DNA of 53,806 nucleotides, the filler included, from Dimargaris cristalligena (taxonomy: Eukaryota), in assembly GCA_003614675.1 (NCBI GenBank). It is 4 parts of 4 records of this genome, joined end to end, with 100 filler letters (N's around TTAATTAATTAA, not from the genome) between each part and the next. Parts side by side here need not be neighbours in the genome. Positions count along the whole stretch, not along the records: positions 27,001 to 40,383 come from ML002992.1; positions 40,484 to 53,806 come from ML002994.1; 2 more parts are not named here. One strand, written 5' to 3'. The notes below the pieces were generated by a model. The model did no database searches. It saw nothing but the letters and a program-made list of their open reading frames with translations, and had not been told where the DNA came from. The position numbers and the translations under genes were made by a program. The stretch's first letter is position 1. Each line of letters starts with the position of its first letter. Of this stretch, positions 40,378 through 52,562 are shown in pieces.

Positions 40378-40383
40378 CATACC

Positions 40384-40483
40384 NNNNNNNNNNNNNNNNN
40401 NNNNNNNNNNNNNNNNNNNNNNNNNNNTTAATTAATTAANNNNNNNNNNNNNNNNNNNNNNNNNNNNNNNNNNNNNNNNNNNN
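40384..40483. other. Artificial contig spacer
   Basis: N44-TTAATTAATTAA-N44. Confidence 0.97.
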
Positions 40484-40541
40484 TATCAGCCAATTTAGTA
40501 CTGAGGTGGGTGACCACTTGGGAATAGTTGGTGCTATAACT
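40484..40541 (+). rRNA. 5S rRNA, 3' half (cut by contig start)
   Basis: GCCAATTTAGTACTGAGGTGGGTGACCACTTGGGAATAGTTGGTGCTATAAC matches the eukaryotic 5S pattern GCC..TTAGTACT..GGG.GACC..GGGAATA..GGTGCT and is followed immediately by a T6 Pol III terminator. Confidence 0.88.
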
Positions 40542-41523
40542 TTTTTATTTTGCCTTTGAATTTCTATGGACCCCAGCAGAATTAGGTTTTCAATTATTAC
40601 GGTCATATTGACCATCCTCAGTAGGTGCTGGACTATCTGGTGGTAGATCCTTCTATATATGGGATACACTGTATCGACCAATAGGAATAGTATTGGGGTA
40701 ACTATAATACCCGGCATAGGACTGGTAATGGACATATACAGCACCCCCCACTCCCCTCCATGGATCTAGGAGGTTCCCTTCTTACTTGCAATTATCTCTA
40801 TTACTTCTTAAAGACCTAATAAACGGTACACTATATAAAATTTACAACACCGTATTGTTAGTTCATAAAAAAACAGTATTATGCACCTTTTATGGTCTCA
40901 ATGACTATACTAATATCCTAAGTAAAATTAAAGTGCTATCTGTAACATAGCATGGGAGAGGCTCAGTTAGGCTGTAAAACAAAAAATCCATGGAATATGG
41001 CAAATATTACTGTTTCCAAATAAATCGCCCGCCTATTTTCCCATACCCACACCATTTATGGGTTATCCAGCCGGGTCGAGTGTCACCCATATTATGGTAG
41101 CTGCAGTGCAAAAGAGTTAGCTGTGGCGTGGCCAGCTCACTTAACTATGCCCATGTATCACTCTCAGGAAATAGTCTCCCACTTGAAGAATTCGCAAAAC
41201 CTATCTTTCAGATGGTTCATTGCTAACCACCGCATCTATTACTTTGACGGGTCCATTCCCTTCATATTTTGTTTACCAACCCGGGTGGTCATGTACATTG
41301 CCTACCAAATTCCATTGACAAATTCTCCAAACGACCAACATGGTAAAAATCCCACTCCTCCCCTCCTTTTACTTTACTCAGGACCTATATGGCAACTACC
41401 AACCGACCCTATAACACCTACTCCTCTAACAGCACTAAAATGGGTTTGCATTTTACCTACATTTTGCCCCAATTGGCCATTCGGGACGCATACACCCGCT
41501 TCGGTTATTCGTTTAATTTATAG

Positions 41524-43920
41524 GGCAATGAGCAAGCGAAGCCAATGGACCCCGCCGCCGGATTCCGCGAGCGGTCGGTTAAGCCTCTCGACTCTAGTTT
41601 CCGGCAAGGCATTCACCTGAACCGTAAGTAAAGACTAATTTCCGAACTCATCCAGCTGACCGCACTATACGCAGCCTTTGTGCCACAATCAGTTGCCTCT
41701 ATTCGGATGCCAGCCTTTTCTAATCCTTCTAAACCGGCAATGCGTACTAAACTATTTTTACATTTAATATCATATAGTCAAAATCATCATTCGGGGAGAC
41801 ACAATAACGGGTAAAACCACCCTGTGTAAGTTTATTAACCCGGACTTCTCCATTTATTCCCCTGACTGTTGGCCATACCTCAGTTGCTTGTAATGTTTTT
41901 AACTGATGTCTTTTGGAACATCCTGAGCAAAAAAAAAAAATGTTGCGAAACAAAACCCGTCAATTCGTTGCTAAAGCTATTGCCTTATTAATTTTTACAT
42001 TGGGCCACCTTTCCTATCCCAATTCGGTAACTAGACCACCATCTCCAAAACCTCCCCCCTCCGCCAGAATATGAGCCCACTTCCGAAATTGGCATCTCAC
42101 ATATAAAATGGGACCGACAGGAGGACCAAATGAGAGTCAAGGCCGAAATATGGGACGTAGTAGACCGCAGCCCCGCGCGCCGGAAACTTAGCCATCACCT
42201 CAAATTGACCAACTCGCCTGCCCAGGACCCTTCATCAGCCTCCCCAACTGCCGATCAGCCACCAGCCGACGTGGGTTTAGACGCCGAAACGGTTAACGTG
42301 TACAGTAATACTAACTGCGTATTGGTTCTCTTTGACCTGTCCAAACGTTGGACCTTCGAGTATGCACTAGCGGAGTTGCAGCGAATCCCGCACCACCTTA
42401 CGACGCTGTTGATCGGTAATTTTCTGGACCGCACTGAGCAACGGGCGGTCACCCCCGCCGAAATTCGAACGGCACTGGCCCGGATTACCCGCCAGCGTAT
42501 CCGGCAACGCGACCGACGGCTGCGAGAACAAAAGCAATACACCCTACCAACCATGGAGGGGTCTTCGACCCACCCATGGCTACTGAGTTCGGCGGAAATT
42601 CAAGACCCCGCTGACACTATTATCTTACGCTATTGTGAATGTGCACTTGGGGCACCTCCTAGTAAACCCAAGGGACCCGCCGCCGCAACCGTGGTAGGAG
42701 GCGCTAGTGTCCTACCGCGGACATCCTCATCATCACGAGGTCCCACCACACCCACCCTGAATCTGGCTTCACCCATAACTACCGCGTCGCCGAGTGGAGG
42801 GAGTTCCCGGGATGTCACCGGGCTTGATTACATTTGGGCGTTTTTGAAACTGCCGCTGCTACAACAACAGACTCGGGATTGGTATTACCGGGCCCAGCGA
42901 GGACAACGCGAATTGGCCACCCGGCTGCAGGAGGTCAGTGGGCCCGAGGCGGCTGAGTGGGAGATTGACTGGGCTCGACTTCTCGATACAGAGGATGACG
43001 ATGAGGAAGACATTGGGGATAGTCATGTGGAGGTGGCGCACGTTGGCTCAGAAAATAGCCGAAGCCAAAGTGAGGACAACCATGCCAGCGGACTGCATGC
43101 CCCTATTCAGAACCCGATCCCTCTCAAGCGAGGGGATATGGGACCTGTCATAGGTGCAGACACCTCCTTGGGCCCCACGCGAAGGTACAAATCGAGCCAA
43201 CCCCACGAGCGGCAGGCCTTGGCCAGTATTGTTTCCAAATCAGTGGCAGCTCCCCGGACCAAACGCGCCAGCATACCCTCACTCTCAGCTAAACGTTTTG
43301 ATGCCCAACAGGCGATTACTTCCGATTTTGGCACACTCGATGATACGTTTTTCGATGGGTCACCCAGCGACGAAGAGGGCCTTTCACCATCACTTCGGAC
43401 CAATCATCTACCAACCCCTGGGCATCATTGTATAGATTCGGACAGTGATGACGGCAACCCGATGGTGGCGGAGGATGAAGACATAGATGACTACACTGAC
43501 CCCGTCCATTTTACAAGAGGGACCAAATCAGCCTCGGTCCAGGACATCCGGACCCTTCCGAAGTCCCTACACACTTTATCCCTGGGCGAGACCAGTCTCC
43601 ACTCGGAAACCGATTCATACAGGCGTCCCCATTCCCCTGGCAGTAAGCGTCTTGTCGCAGATTACCCAAATGTGCAGGTAGATACGGTAGTACCCGACTT
43701 ATCCTACGATCGGAGCCAATACGAAACAATCAGTGACCAAGACGACGCTAGTGATGGCGTTGACGAGAGTGACTCGGAACATAGTAATAACCCGTGGGCG
43801 GCTAATACACCTAACCGATCCGTACGGTCAGTTCAGTACGTTACTGAGTCCCTCGACGACGAGTGGGATCCGGCGCGGATACAGCATACGAAGTTATCAA
43901 CCGAGCCGAGTAATCCCTAA
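41524..43920 (+). CDS. RABL6: Rab-like protein 6 (RABL6/RBEL1-like atypical GTPase); start uncertain
   Basis: Spliced: FRQGIHLN|LKIIIRGDTITGKTTL|YHHLQ..EYEPTSEI..IKW..VKAEIWDVVD..LDAETVNVYSNTNCVLVLFDLSKRWTFEYALAEL..LIGNFLD, then GLDYIWAFLKLPLLQ and an acidic tail with GNPMVAEDEDID. Confidence 0.85.
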
Positions 43921-45476
43921 ACGTTCTCTATCCACTTTTGATTTACTGTAGTTTTCATGGAAAATCGAGCCGGCTGGTTTATGGTAGTGGCCAAGAACTA
44001 ATTCGCATAGTCGCACCATCCATGGTCTCTAATAGTTTGCGCCCTATTGGGATATGATATAGACTGGGCCATCGGCCCAAGAGTAGACGCTCTGCCTTTA
44101 ATTAATTCCAAATGCGAGGAATAAAGTATTGGAAATGCATCTCCCCCCGAGTGCCATTTACTGTATCGGACAATTGGCGCGATCTTATTGGTCCAAATTA
44201 TCTCTAATAAATACTATCGCGATGAGATTTAAATCTCATCTTGTGTTTCTTTCCTACTTCTATCTATTTTTGACAAGCTTTATTATTGATCTCAGATTAC
44301 AACTACGAGAGAACTTGCGGTTTTTTTATATAAAGTCCTTTGGTTTTGGAACTATCAATTGGACTTGCGAAAGCTTTTTTTTATAAGCTATAGTAGTGAG
44401 GGGAGTAGGGTATGTTTCAGAGAATAAACAGTATACAGTTATTCACTCGACTTAATCATAGGGATATGCGAAACCGCGAGAGTCTATGCATTTTCGCACT
44501 GATCCTGGGTATGCTATTATCATCCGGTTGGACTGCTTTACAAGGTACAAAAATACACGCCCCGGCAGTGTTTATTTGATGGCATCTATATTTCTGGGCT
44601 ATTAGATTGCCGCGAATAATATATTTACCATGATATGCACTAACAATATTAATGGTAAGTACCACGTCATTTATAATCCAACGATTGTGGGTAAATTCTT
44701 ACATTCCGTGCTGTCCTTCTGATCCCTAGTATATTGGTGGGGCCATATATGGATGCCAATTGCAAATTACCCATGTCGTGTTCCCAGTATCGTTTAGCTG
44801 CTGAGAGCTATACAGGCACGGTGAATTGCATAGGGGAAATCAATTATATACGCCAATGCCCTAATTTCCTTGGCTAATGATACCGCCATAGTTGCCGCTC
44901 ATTTCTACCGAGGGGTCTACCTAGCTTGTTTGCCTCTGGCAGCCAGTTTGCGACCACTAGATCCCTAGTTGATTCGAAAGACCGACTTACCGAATAGATG
45001 GATAGTAGCAAACCCTCCCCCTCTAAGCCGACGTTTTCCCCGGCTGTTCGGGAGTTTCCTTGGGGGGAGGAGGAGGTCGCACCCTACAGTATTCAGTCAC
45101 TGTAATTTGACCATGGTATAGTAGGGACTGCTGTTTTGGTACAAGGATGGGCGCCCCAGTCTTCACATGCACCAATCGGCAGGGGACCAAGCGGGTTCCG
45201 CCCTCTCCACCAATAAGGAGGAGCTCTAAATGGCCACCCTCTCCCACATTAGTCGCCAGTCACAGGACTCTGCTATCTTTCTTACCCATCCCTTGTGAAC
45301 CCAACAACAGCGAAGAGGAAGAAGGGTTTCCCTATTGAAACAACCGACCACCACCACTAAACCCTTCTAAGGAGGATATAAGTAACATTCCTCTCCCAGC
45401 TGCCTGATATACTCCTTTACCCTATTTCTTCTATTTATAACCTAACTTACACCCATTTCTCCCCAGACCCTTGACC

Positions 45477-47283
45477 ATGAACTCGCTCGTTTCGCGAATC
45501 GCACCTTCTCTGTCCAAGGCCGGTCTGACCACTAGCCGCCTGGCTCTCCAGGCCCAGCGCCCGCGAGTCGCCGCCCTCCATGCCTCGGCCCGTGCCTTTA
45601 ACGAGTACTCCTCTCTCCCCTCGCTGCACACCTTCACCGACGACGAGCTCATGATGAAGGAAGCTGGTAAGTTCCCTATTTTAGAACAGGGCCCACTAAC
45701 AACCTCTCCCCAACCTCCTTAGTCACACCATGCTACTCGGGAATACGGACTCAGGCCTAATTTAACTTACGGTTTGTGTGTATGATGCCTTCTTCTCCTT
45801 CAATATTATACTACCGTGCCCTATATTCCCATGTGGTACGCAGTATCCAAGTTTGCCACTGAGGTGGTTCAGCCGAAGGTGTCCGAAATGGACGAGGCGG
45901 AAGTTGTTGACCCCGCTGTCCTTAAGGGACTCTTTGACCAGGGCCTGATGGGCGTTGAAGTCCCCGTCGAATACGGCGGCTCGGGTGCCTCCTTCATGTC
46001 GGCCATCATTGTTATTGAGGAACTGGCCAAGGTGGATCCGTCCATCAGTGTCATCAGCGACGTTCACAACACTCTAGTCAACACCATTCTGAACAAATAC
46101 GCCTCCAAGGAACTCCAGGAGAAATATCTGCCCTCCATGACTTCTGAGGTGGTAAGTAGCAAAATTGTTATTGTTATTCTACATTTCCAGGCTATCACAT
46201 ATCGTTCACTAAAAGTGCTCGCGTTTGGATTAAGGCAGTCTCGTCAATGGTGGGCATCGTAGGTCCATCAGGGAATATGTGAGGGCCAGTCCCCCAACCC
46301 AAACCTCCCACTAATCAAATGCGGGAGTCTGGTCGTGCTATCCATAGCCTCGCTAAATTCACCATAATTGACCTATAGCCGACTAGCCACTTCATGTGAC
46401 GCCTGCTTTCACACCACCCCATACTAACCTTATCTATTCTTTCTTCTTCTAACATCTCATCAATTCTATTTGTTCCATTAATATTTTGCAGCTGGGCTGT
46501 TTCTGCCTTTCCGAGGCCAGCTCCGGAAGTGACGCCTTCGCCCTTCAGACCCGCGCCGAATTGCGTGGCGACCACTATGTCCTGAACGGCTCCAAGATGT
46601 GGATCACCAACTCCTACGAAGCCGGGGTATACCTCGTTTTCGCCAACGTGGACCCCTCCAAGGGCTACAAGGGCATTACCTGTTTCCTGGTGGAGCGGGA
46701 CATGGGCGTCGAAATCGCCAAGAAGGAAGCCAAGCTCGGTATCCGCTGCTCGTCCACCTGTACCCTCAACTTCGACGATGTCAAGGTGCCCGTCGCCAAC
46801 GTAATTGGCGAAGTAGGCCAGGGCTACAAGATCGCCATTGAAGTTCTGAACGAAGGGCGCATCGGTATCGCTGCCCAGATGATCGGTCTGGCCCAGGGAG
46901 CCTTTGACTTCACCCTGCCCTACCTGTTCCAGCGCAAACAGTTTGGTCAGGAAATCGGGTCGTTCCAGGGTATGCAGTACCAGTACGCCCAAATCGCCAC
47001 CGAAATCGAGGCCGCCCGTCTCATGACCTACAACGCCGCCCGCCTTAAGGAGCAGGGCCGCCCCTTCGTGAAGGAGGCCGCCATGGCCAAGTTGTACGCG
47101 TCCCAGGTCGCCGAACGGACCACTTCCCGCTGTGTCGAATGGTTGGGTGGGGTGGGTTTCACCCGGGAATTCCCCGCTGAGAAGTTCTACCGTGACTGCA
47201 AGATTGGCGCCATTTATGAGGGTACCAGCAACATTCAGCTGCAGACCATTGCTAAGTTCCTGACCAAAGAGTACAAGAATTAA
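45477..47283 (+). CDS. ACADSB: Mitochondrial short/branched-chain acyl-CoA dehydrogenase, 3 exons
   Basis: Presequence; [66 protein letters not shown] and [18 protein letters not shown] motifs. Confidence 0.95.
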
Positions 47284-47517
47284 TTCTAATTGCGACTTTT
47301 TCGAATGGCCGCCCACCTGTCCTACCACCCACCCAGTCACTGGATAGAAGCATGGATACTTATTTAGGATTGTAGGTATGCGAATCAGCTTGTACGTATG
47401 TGTACCACGATTTTATTTAGAATATTTTAAATTATAAATATCACTTGAATAATATACCAATTTTTTAACCGTAAATTACTAATGGGCCTAAAAGTGAATG
47501 AATAGATGCAAAATGGA

Positions 47518-49266
47518 CTATAGGAATAGTGGGGAGACCCACCGAATATATTTACACTTCACCCCATCGGCCGCCTTATAGATTGCGCAGGCCTCCTGCA
47601 GCCCGGATTTGGTACGTATAAAAGTCGCTTCATCATACACCACCGAGAGCAATACCACGTTGGAAGTGAACAAAGGGAGGGCCGTTTCCAATTCTGAGCA
47701 CATGGACTTATCTGTCGTTGAGAAGATGCGAAGCTCCACCGTTGCGGTAACCTTATTCCAATCTAACACCAGGATCAGTTGGGGTTCGCCGAGGCGCTGG
47801 ATCAGGGTTTTGAACACCCGACCGACCTTTAAAATAGTATCCGGTTCCTCGGCTGACTGGTCACCGGGAACGGGGACGGTGGTTGGCACCAGGGGATGGT
47901 CGGCCTGAAGCCGCTGGGTTTCGTGGAGTTTGGCGTAGTATTTTTCGATCAATTCCGAACCAAAGATATACGGTTCGCTCGGTTCAATGGTCTCTCCGTT
48001 AATGGCGGTCAAGGTGGCCTTGGCTGTCTCACTGTCAATGGGTTTGGATTCAGCCGAGGACGAGGACGAGGAGAGGAGACCGGCGAAATTTCGGCTGATG
48101 AGCGATCGGCAGAAGGTAAGTGATGGTGGTGGAGGTTGGAAAGGTGACGACGATGATGCCTCCCCCGAAGAGGAGGAGCGAAGCCGCTTTATAAGGGCAA
48201 TCAGTTCGAGCGTATCTGTACCGGCGAGTGTTGGAGCAAAGGAGGAGGAGACATCGGTTGATTTCACCTCTTCTACTTGTGACGATCGTGGCGAAGGTAC
48301 CGTCGGAGGGGAGTGGGTCTTCTGCGTGCTATCTACCACCGCCATGGCCGAAGGTGATAATGCTGGTAGGGTGGGGGATAGGGGAGATGGTGACAGGGAG
48401 AAGAAGGGGGAGAGAGACGGCGGCTTGGGAGTGGAGGGATGGTTTATAGCCGCAGCGTAACCACCGATCGTTCCGTGGCCTGCGGTATTGGCATTGGTAT
48501 TGGTATTGGTGGTGAGGTCACCACTATGAAAAGCGGAGGGCTTATTCCCCATCAGCAACGGTTCATCCGCCCCAACATAAATGGCCGCCCCCCGACTATG
48601 CCCGCTATCGTCCGAAGAGGCGGGTTCCGAAAGCCACAAAGTGCTGTCAGTCCCCGTATCATGGTGATGGTCGTTGATTACGGCTGTAAATGGGAAAAAG
48701 GGGGAGGACTGGGCTTGGGGTGGGGGTACAAACGGGGTTTTGGGCATTGGTGGTGATGGTGGCGAAGAGTGTTGGAGAGGAAAAGGGGGCCAGTCACTAG
48801 GGAGGGTCCCCCAAACTAGGTCGTCCGGGGGGGCGACGGTTACCGCAGCAGATGCCGGATTTGTCGGGGCCAGACGGGCGGGGTTGATTGTATTGATATA
48901 GGATCGGCCTAGGCGATGGTCCCTTGGTGGACCCTGATAATAGGAACGCAGCTGAGGTTGGGGGTAGCTGTCGACGGGACGCCGATACGGGTGACTGTCA
49001 TACCGGTGCCGATGGCGACTATAAGGGCATGGGCAGGGGTAGTCAACGGCGGGACCCGTACCCACCAGCACTTCGGGAGGTGTATCCAGCAGCATCGACG
49101 AGTCAACGCACTCCCAACAAGCATTGTTATTGAAATAGAATGGCCTATCCTCTTGGCGGACTGTTGGCCCAAAGCCAGAGGCATGTGTAACATTTAGAAA
49201 TTGGACCACCAGAGTGGTTGCGATAAGTAGGGTACGTAACCCACCAAGTCGTCTGAGGAATACCAT
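47518..49266 (-). CDS. Putative secreted Pro/Ser-rich protein, 582 aa, intronless, unknown family
   Basis: Signal-peptide-like MVFLRRLGGLRTLLIATTLVVQFLNVTHA, then a short Cys-containing N-terminal part, a long low-complexity middle and a ~110-aa globular-looking C-terminus. Confidence 0.7.
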   Translation of the reverse strand: MVFLRRLGGLRTLLIATTLVVQFLNVTHASGFGPTVRQEDRPFYFNNNACWECVDSSMLLDTPPEVLVGTGPAVDYPCPCPYSRHRHRYDSHPYRRPVDSYPQPQLRSYYQGPPRDHRLGRSYINTINPARLAPTNPASAAVTVAPPDDLVWGTLPSDWPPFPLQHSSPPSPPMPKTPFVPPPQAQSSPFFPFTAVINDHHHDTGTDSTLWLSEPASSDDSGHSRGAAIYVGADEPLLMGNKPSAFHSGDLTTNTNTNANTAGHGTIGGYAAAINHPSTPKPPSLSPFFSLSPSPLSPTLPALSPSAMAVVDSTQKTHSPPTVPSPRSSQVEEVKSTDVSSSFAPTLAGTDTLELIALIKRLRSSSSGEASSSSPFQPPPPSLTFCRSLISRNFAGLLSSSSSSAESKPIDSETAKATLTAINGETIEPSEPYIFGSELIEKYYAKLHETQRLQADHPLVPTTVPVPGDQSAEEPDTILKVGRVFKTLIQRLGEPQLILVLDWNKVTATVELRIFSTTDKSMCSELETALPLFTSNVVLLSVVYDEATFIRTKSGLQEACAIYKAADGVKCKYIRWVSPLFL

Positions 49267-50088
49267 GACAACTGAATTAAACGCTTTGGCTTGTGTAGCC
49301 AAAAGATAGTGCTTAAAAAAGGGTAGGGGAGGGGAGGAGGTGCAGTGACCAGGAAAAATAGGATCGATTGTATAATTATCCGCCCTAGGAAATGGAAACA
49401 GGGCGTGAAATGGTGAATAAGCTCCGATAATAGCTTTGCTAAGAAAAAATGGAAATGGGTAACCCAAATTGCTCAGTCAATTCAAAACATATAGAGAGTG
49501 TGATCTACAGTGGGAGAGGACGAGGACGGCGTGCCTATTTATATCCCAATGTGCTTCCGGGGACTGCGTCTTGATAAATAAATAATAATAATAATAATAA
49601 AACTACCCAGGCACGTCCATTAGAGATTAAGGGGGTATAGGAAGACGTCGCTAGTTTTCCAAAAAGTGGCATCTTGTGTAATTAACCATGCTACAATGAT
49701 TCGCCCAGTCACTGAAATAGGGAAGTGGTTAGTGTGAATGGCGGGCCACTTCATCGATAAGGGTGGTTTTTGAATTAAAGGAAGAGAGAGGGAGAGGGCC
49801 AAAAAAACGGAGCCTTTTAGTGAATATCTCCCCCATCACGCGGATAAATGATAGCCATCTCGTCCTACAATAGTGCAACGCCAATATAGCCCATATATTT
49901 CTAATCGCGTCGATTTGGTCATGCGATAGGGGAACGGTGCTTATCAAGATGCTACGATGGCCGGTTGATGAAACAATTGGGCCAGGAAAAGATTAGACTG
50001 ACTTTGAAACAGGGCACATGTTCGGATCAGTTTGATCGGTTTGGCTGAAGTGTCAGGTTGAGTGAAATAACATCGGTTAATAATTCAA

Positions 50089-50109
50089 ATATATATATAT
50101 ATATATATA
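50089..50109. repeat. (AT)n microsatellite
   Basis: Seen directly. Confidence 0.9.
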
Positions 50110-50985
50110 CAAGTAAAGATAGTAAATGTCTGACAGTTGCCCGGAAATTACACCAAAGTGCGCTATCGTAAGGCCGATCAAATCATGTACCCCAGGAATT
50201 GGAATACATATTTACGACATTCTCATCCGCAGGTGTGGCACCAACGAACTTTAATCAAGTGATAGCAGGCCTCGTGAGCTCCGAGGGGCGCCCGGGTTGG
50301 TGGGATTCTCGATGGCAGGTAAGGTGCCCACCAAATTCGTGATGTCACCCTAGTAAGGAGATGAAACAATCCCCCCTCCACACACGCACACACAACAACT
50401 GCCATCACCATTGGAGCTGGGGGTGTGGCACAGGACTTGGTCTAAAGGGAGAGCCACGCGATGCTAATATCGTGTGGCCGAAGACACTATTGATAAGGGT
50501 TAACTAATTATCGAAAGAGGCGCTACAAGCCACGTGTACTTAATAACATTAGAATAAAAACGGGGACTGGTGTGACGGGCTACTTATAGGAGCCTGAAAT
50601 AGTTTATTGAGCTAAGCTGGTCAAGCTCGATAAATCGATTGAATTACAAGTAAATAGGGCGGTGATCAGCTATATTGTACGAACCGTAAATGTCGCGATT
50701 GGAGCGCGAATCAATGGCACAGTAATGCTCCTACAATGCCCATTCGTAATATTAATTTTCCCAATAACTCTTTTTGTTATTGTTTTTTTTTTTAAAAAGA
50801 ATAATAATATGCAATTTGGGCATTCTCAGTGCTATTGTATTTCCAAATGGCTCATCGATTTGGATACGCTTAGGTATTATTAGAGATCCGGTGGTATCTT
50901 ATCGATTTAATCTACACCGTGGAGCCCGGTCAGCGAGTGACCAGAAACCCTGAAAGCGTCGGCCAGAACCCAACGCACCCGGGCA

Positions 50986-52562
50986 TTAGACCCGGTTGGT
51001 CTTCTCAAGCTGGACGGCCCTCGCCATAGCATCCAGGAACTTACCAATGGATACTGGCGGATGCTCGACCAAGTTAGCGAAGGCCGACACCGGCAATTTC
51101 CGCAGGGTACGGCCACTAAAACCCACGCATTGCTCCACAATGGCGTCCAGTCTGACTCGCCGCGGATCAGATTCGCTAGGGTAGCCGCAGGCCGGGTGGG
51201 AAGAAGGCAAGGGTAGGGGTAGGGTAGTGAGGGACAGTGCGGTCATTTCCGATGGAGCCGACTCGTCGTCCGTCACCAGGTGACACCGCACCAATTCGTC
51301 GATCCCTGACTGCACGATCCGGCGGATGGCTTCGGCACTCGGCGGACCAATGTACTGCTGCACATCGGCCCGGTCGAGCAGGGCACTGTCGATGGCTTCG
51401 GTCATGTTGGAGGTGGCCAGCACCAGGACCTGGGGCCAGTCCCGGAGTTTATCGAGTTCGGTCAGGACGGCGTTCACCACCCGGATGGCATCGGAGGGCT
51501 CGTTGCCCTGGGCGGAGTGGGCGCGGGATGCGGCCACGCTTTCGATTTCGTCAATGAGGACAATGACGGGACCCACGGCAGCCAAATCCCGGATGCGGGC
51601 GAAGGCCCGGGCGACTAATTTGCCCGACTCGGAAAACCATTTCGAAAACAGGGAGTGGCTGTTGATTTCGCAAAGGTACACGGGCTGGGGTAGCGAACTA
51701 GAGCTGAGTTGAGGGTCTGGGTCTAAGGCGGTTCCTAAAGAAGGCGCGGTGGAAGGAGTGGGAGGGACATTGAAGGATTGCCGATAGGTGGGTTGGAGGG
51801 CAATGGCCAATTTGTGGGCAAGCGCTCGACATAGGGAAGTCTTACCCGTGCCCGGGGGACCGTGGAATAATATAAAGCGGTTGCTGGTGATGGTATTCGG
51901 ATCGAGACCCTGTCGACTAAACCACCACGCGGTACGAACGTACTGGAGCATCCGTTCCCGGACCGGCTCGCTGAATTCCAGCGAGGGCCATAAACCCTGG
52001 TATTTCGAGTGGGGTAAAGTGAGTAATTGGAATAGAGTGGACTGGCTCTCGTCGTCAATCTCCTCCACCGGATCCTCGTCGTGCAGAAGATGCACTTGGA
52101 TCCGTAGGCCTGAGCAGTCCGCCGGGGTGAGTAGACAGCGTTCGCCCGGGGTGGTACTAGGGGTGAATAAATTAACCTCGACTCGGTGGTTCTCGTCTAA
52201 TGAGTGGTCCGCCAGCGAGTAGCTCCGGTTACAGTCCAATGACCGGGGACTGCTCCGGATTTTCTGGAGCAAGCCGGTCTGGACTAGCTGGGCAATGGCC
52301 GAGGGATCGCGGGCGTCGCCCGGTTGAATGTGACATTCCACTGGTTGAAGTTGAATGGGAATTGAGTCACCAGCCCCAGCGGCATAATAGAGGTAAAGCG
52401 AATGTGCATTAGATTCGGATTCGGTCGACGAATTCAGTGGCGCTAGGTCGCATGAGGACGAATAAGCCTGCAAAGGTATCGGCGAGGGGAGTAGAGCGGA
52501 CGCTGGATACCACCACGAGACCTACCGTTAATTATAGGCCGTTCCACTTGCAAATCAGCCAT
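50986..52562 (-). CDS. PCH2: Pachytene checkpoint AAA+ ATPase PCH2/TRIP13, 2 exons
   Basis: NRFILFHGPPGTGKTSLCRALA, EINSHSLFSKWFSESGKLV, LIDEIES, EPSDAIRVVNAVLT and GFSGRTLRKLP motifs; intron 52525-52341 gives the N-terminus MADLQVERPIIN|VECHI. Confidence 0.95.

Noticed and set aside
40310-40541. Apparent divergent tRNA-Phe / 5S Pol III gene cluster
   Set aside because: The two lie on different contigs separated by an artificial spacer; linkage is unsupported.
46315-47340. 341-aa - strand ORF
   Set aside because: Antisense shadow of the acyl-CoA dehydrogenase exon.
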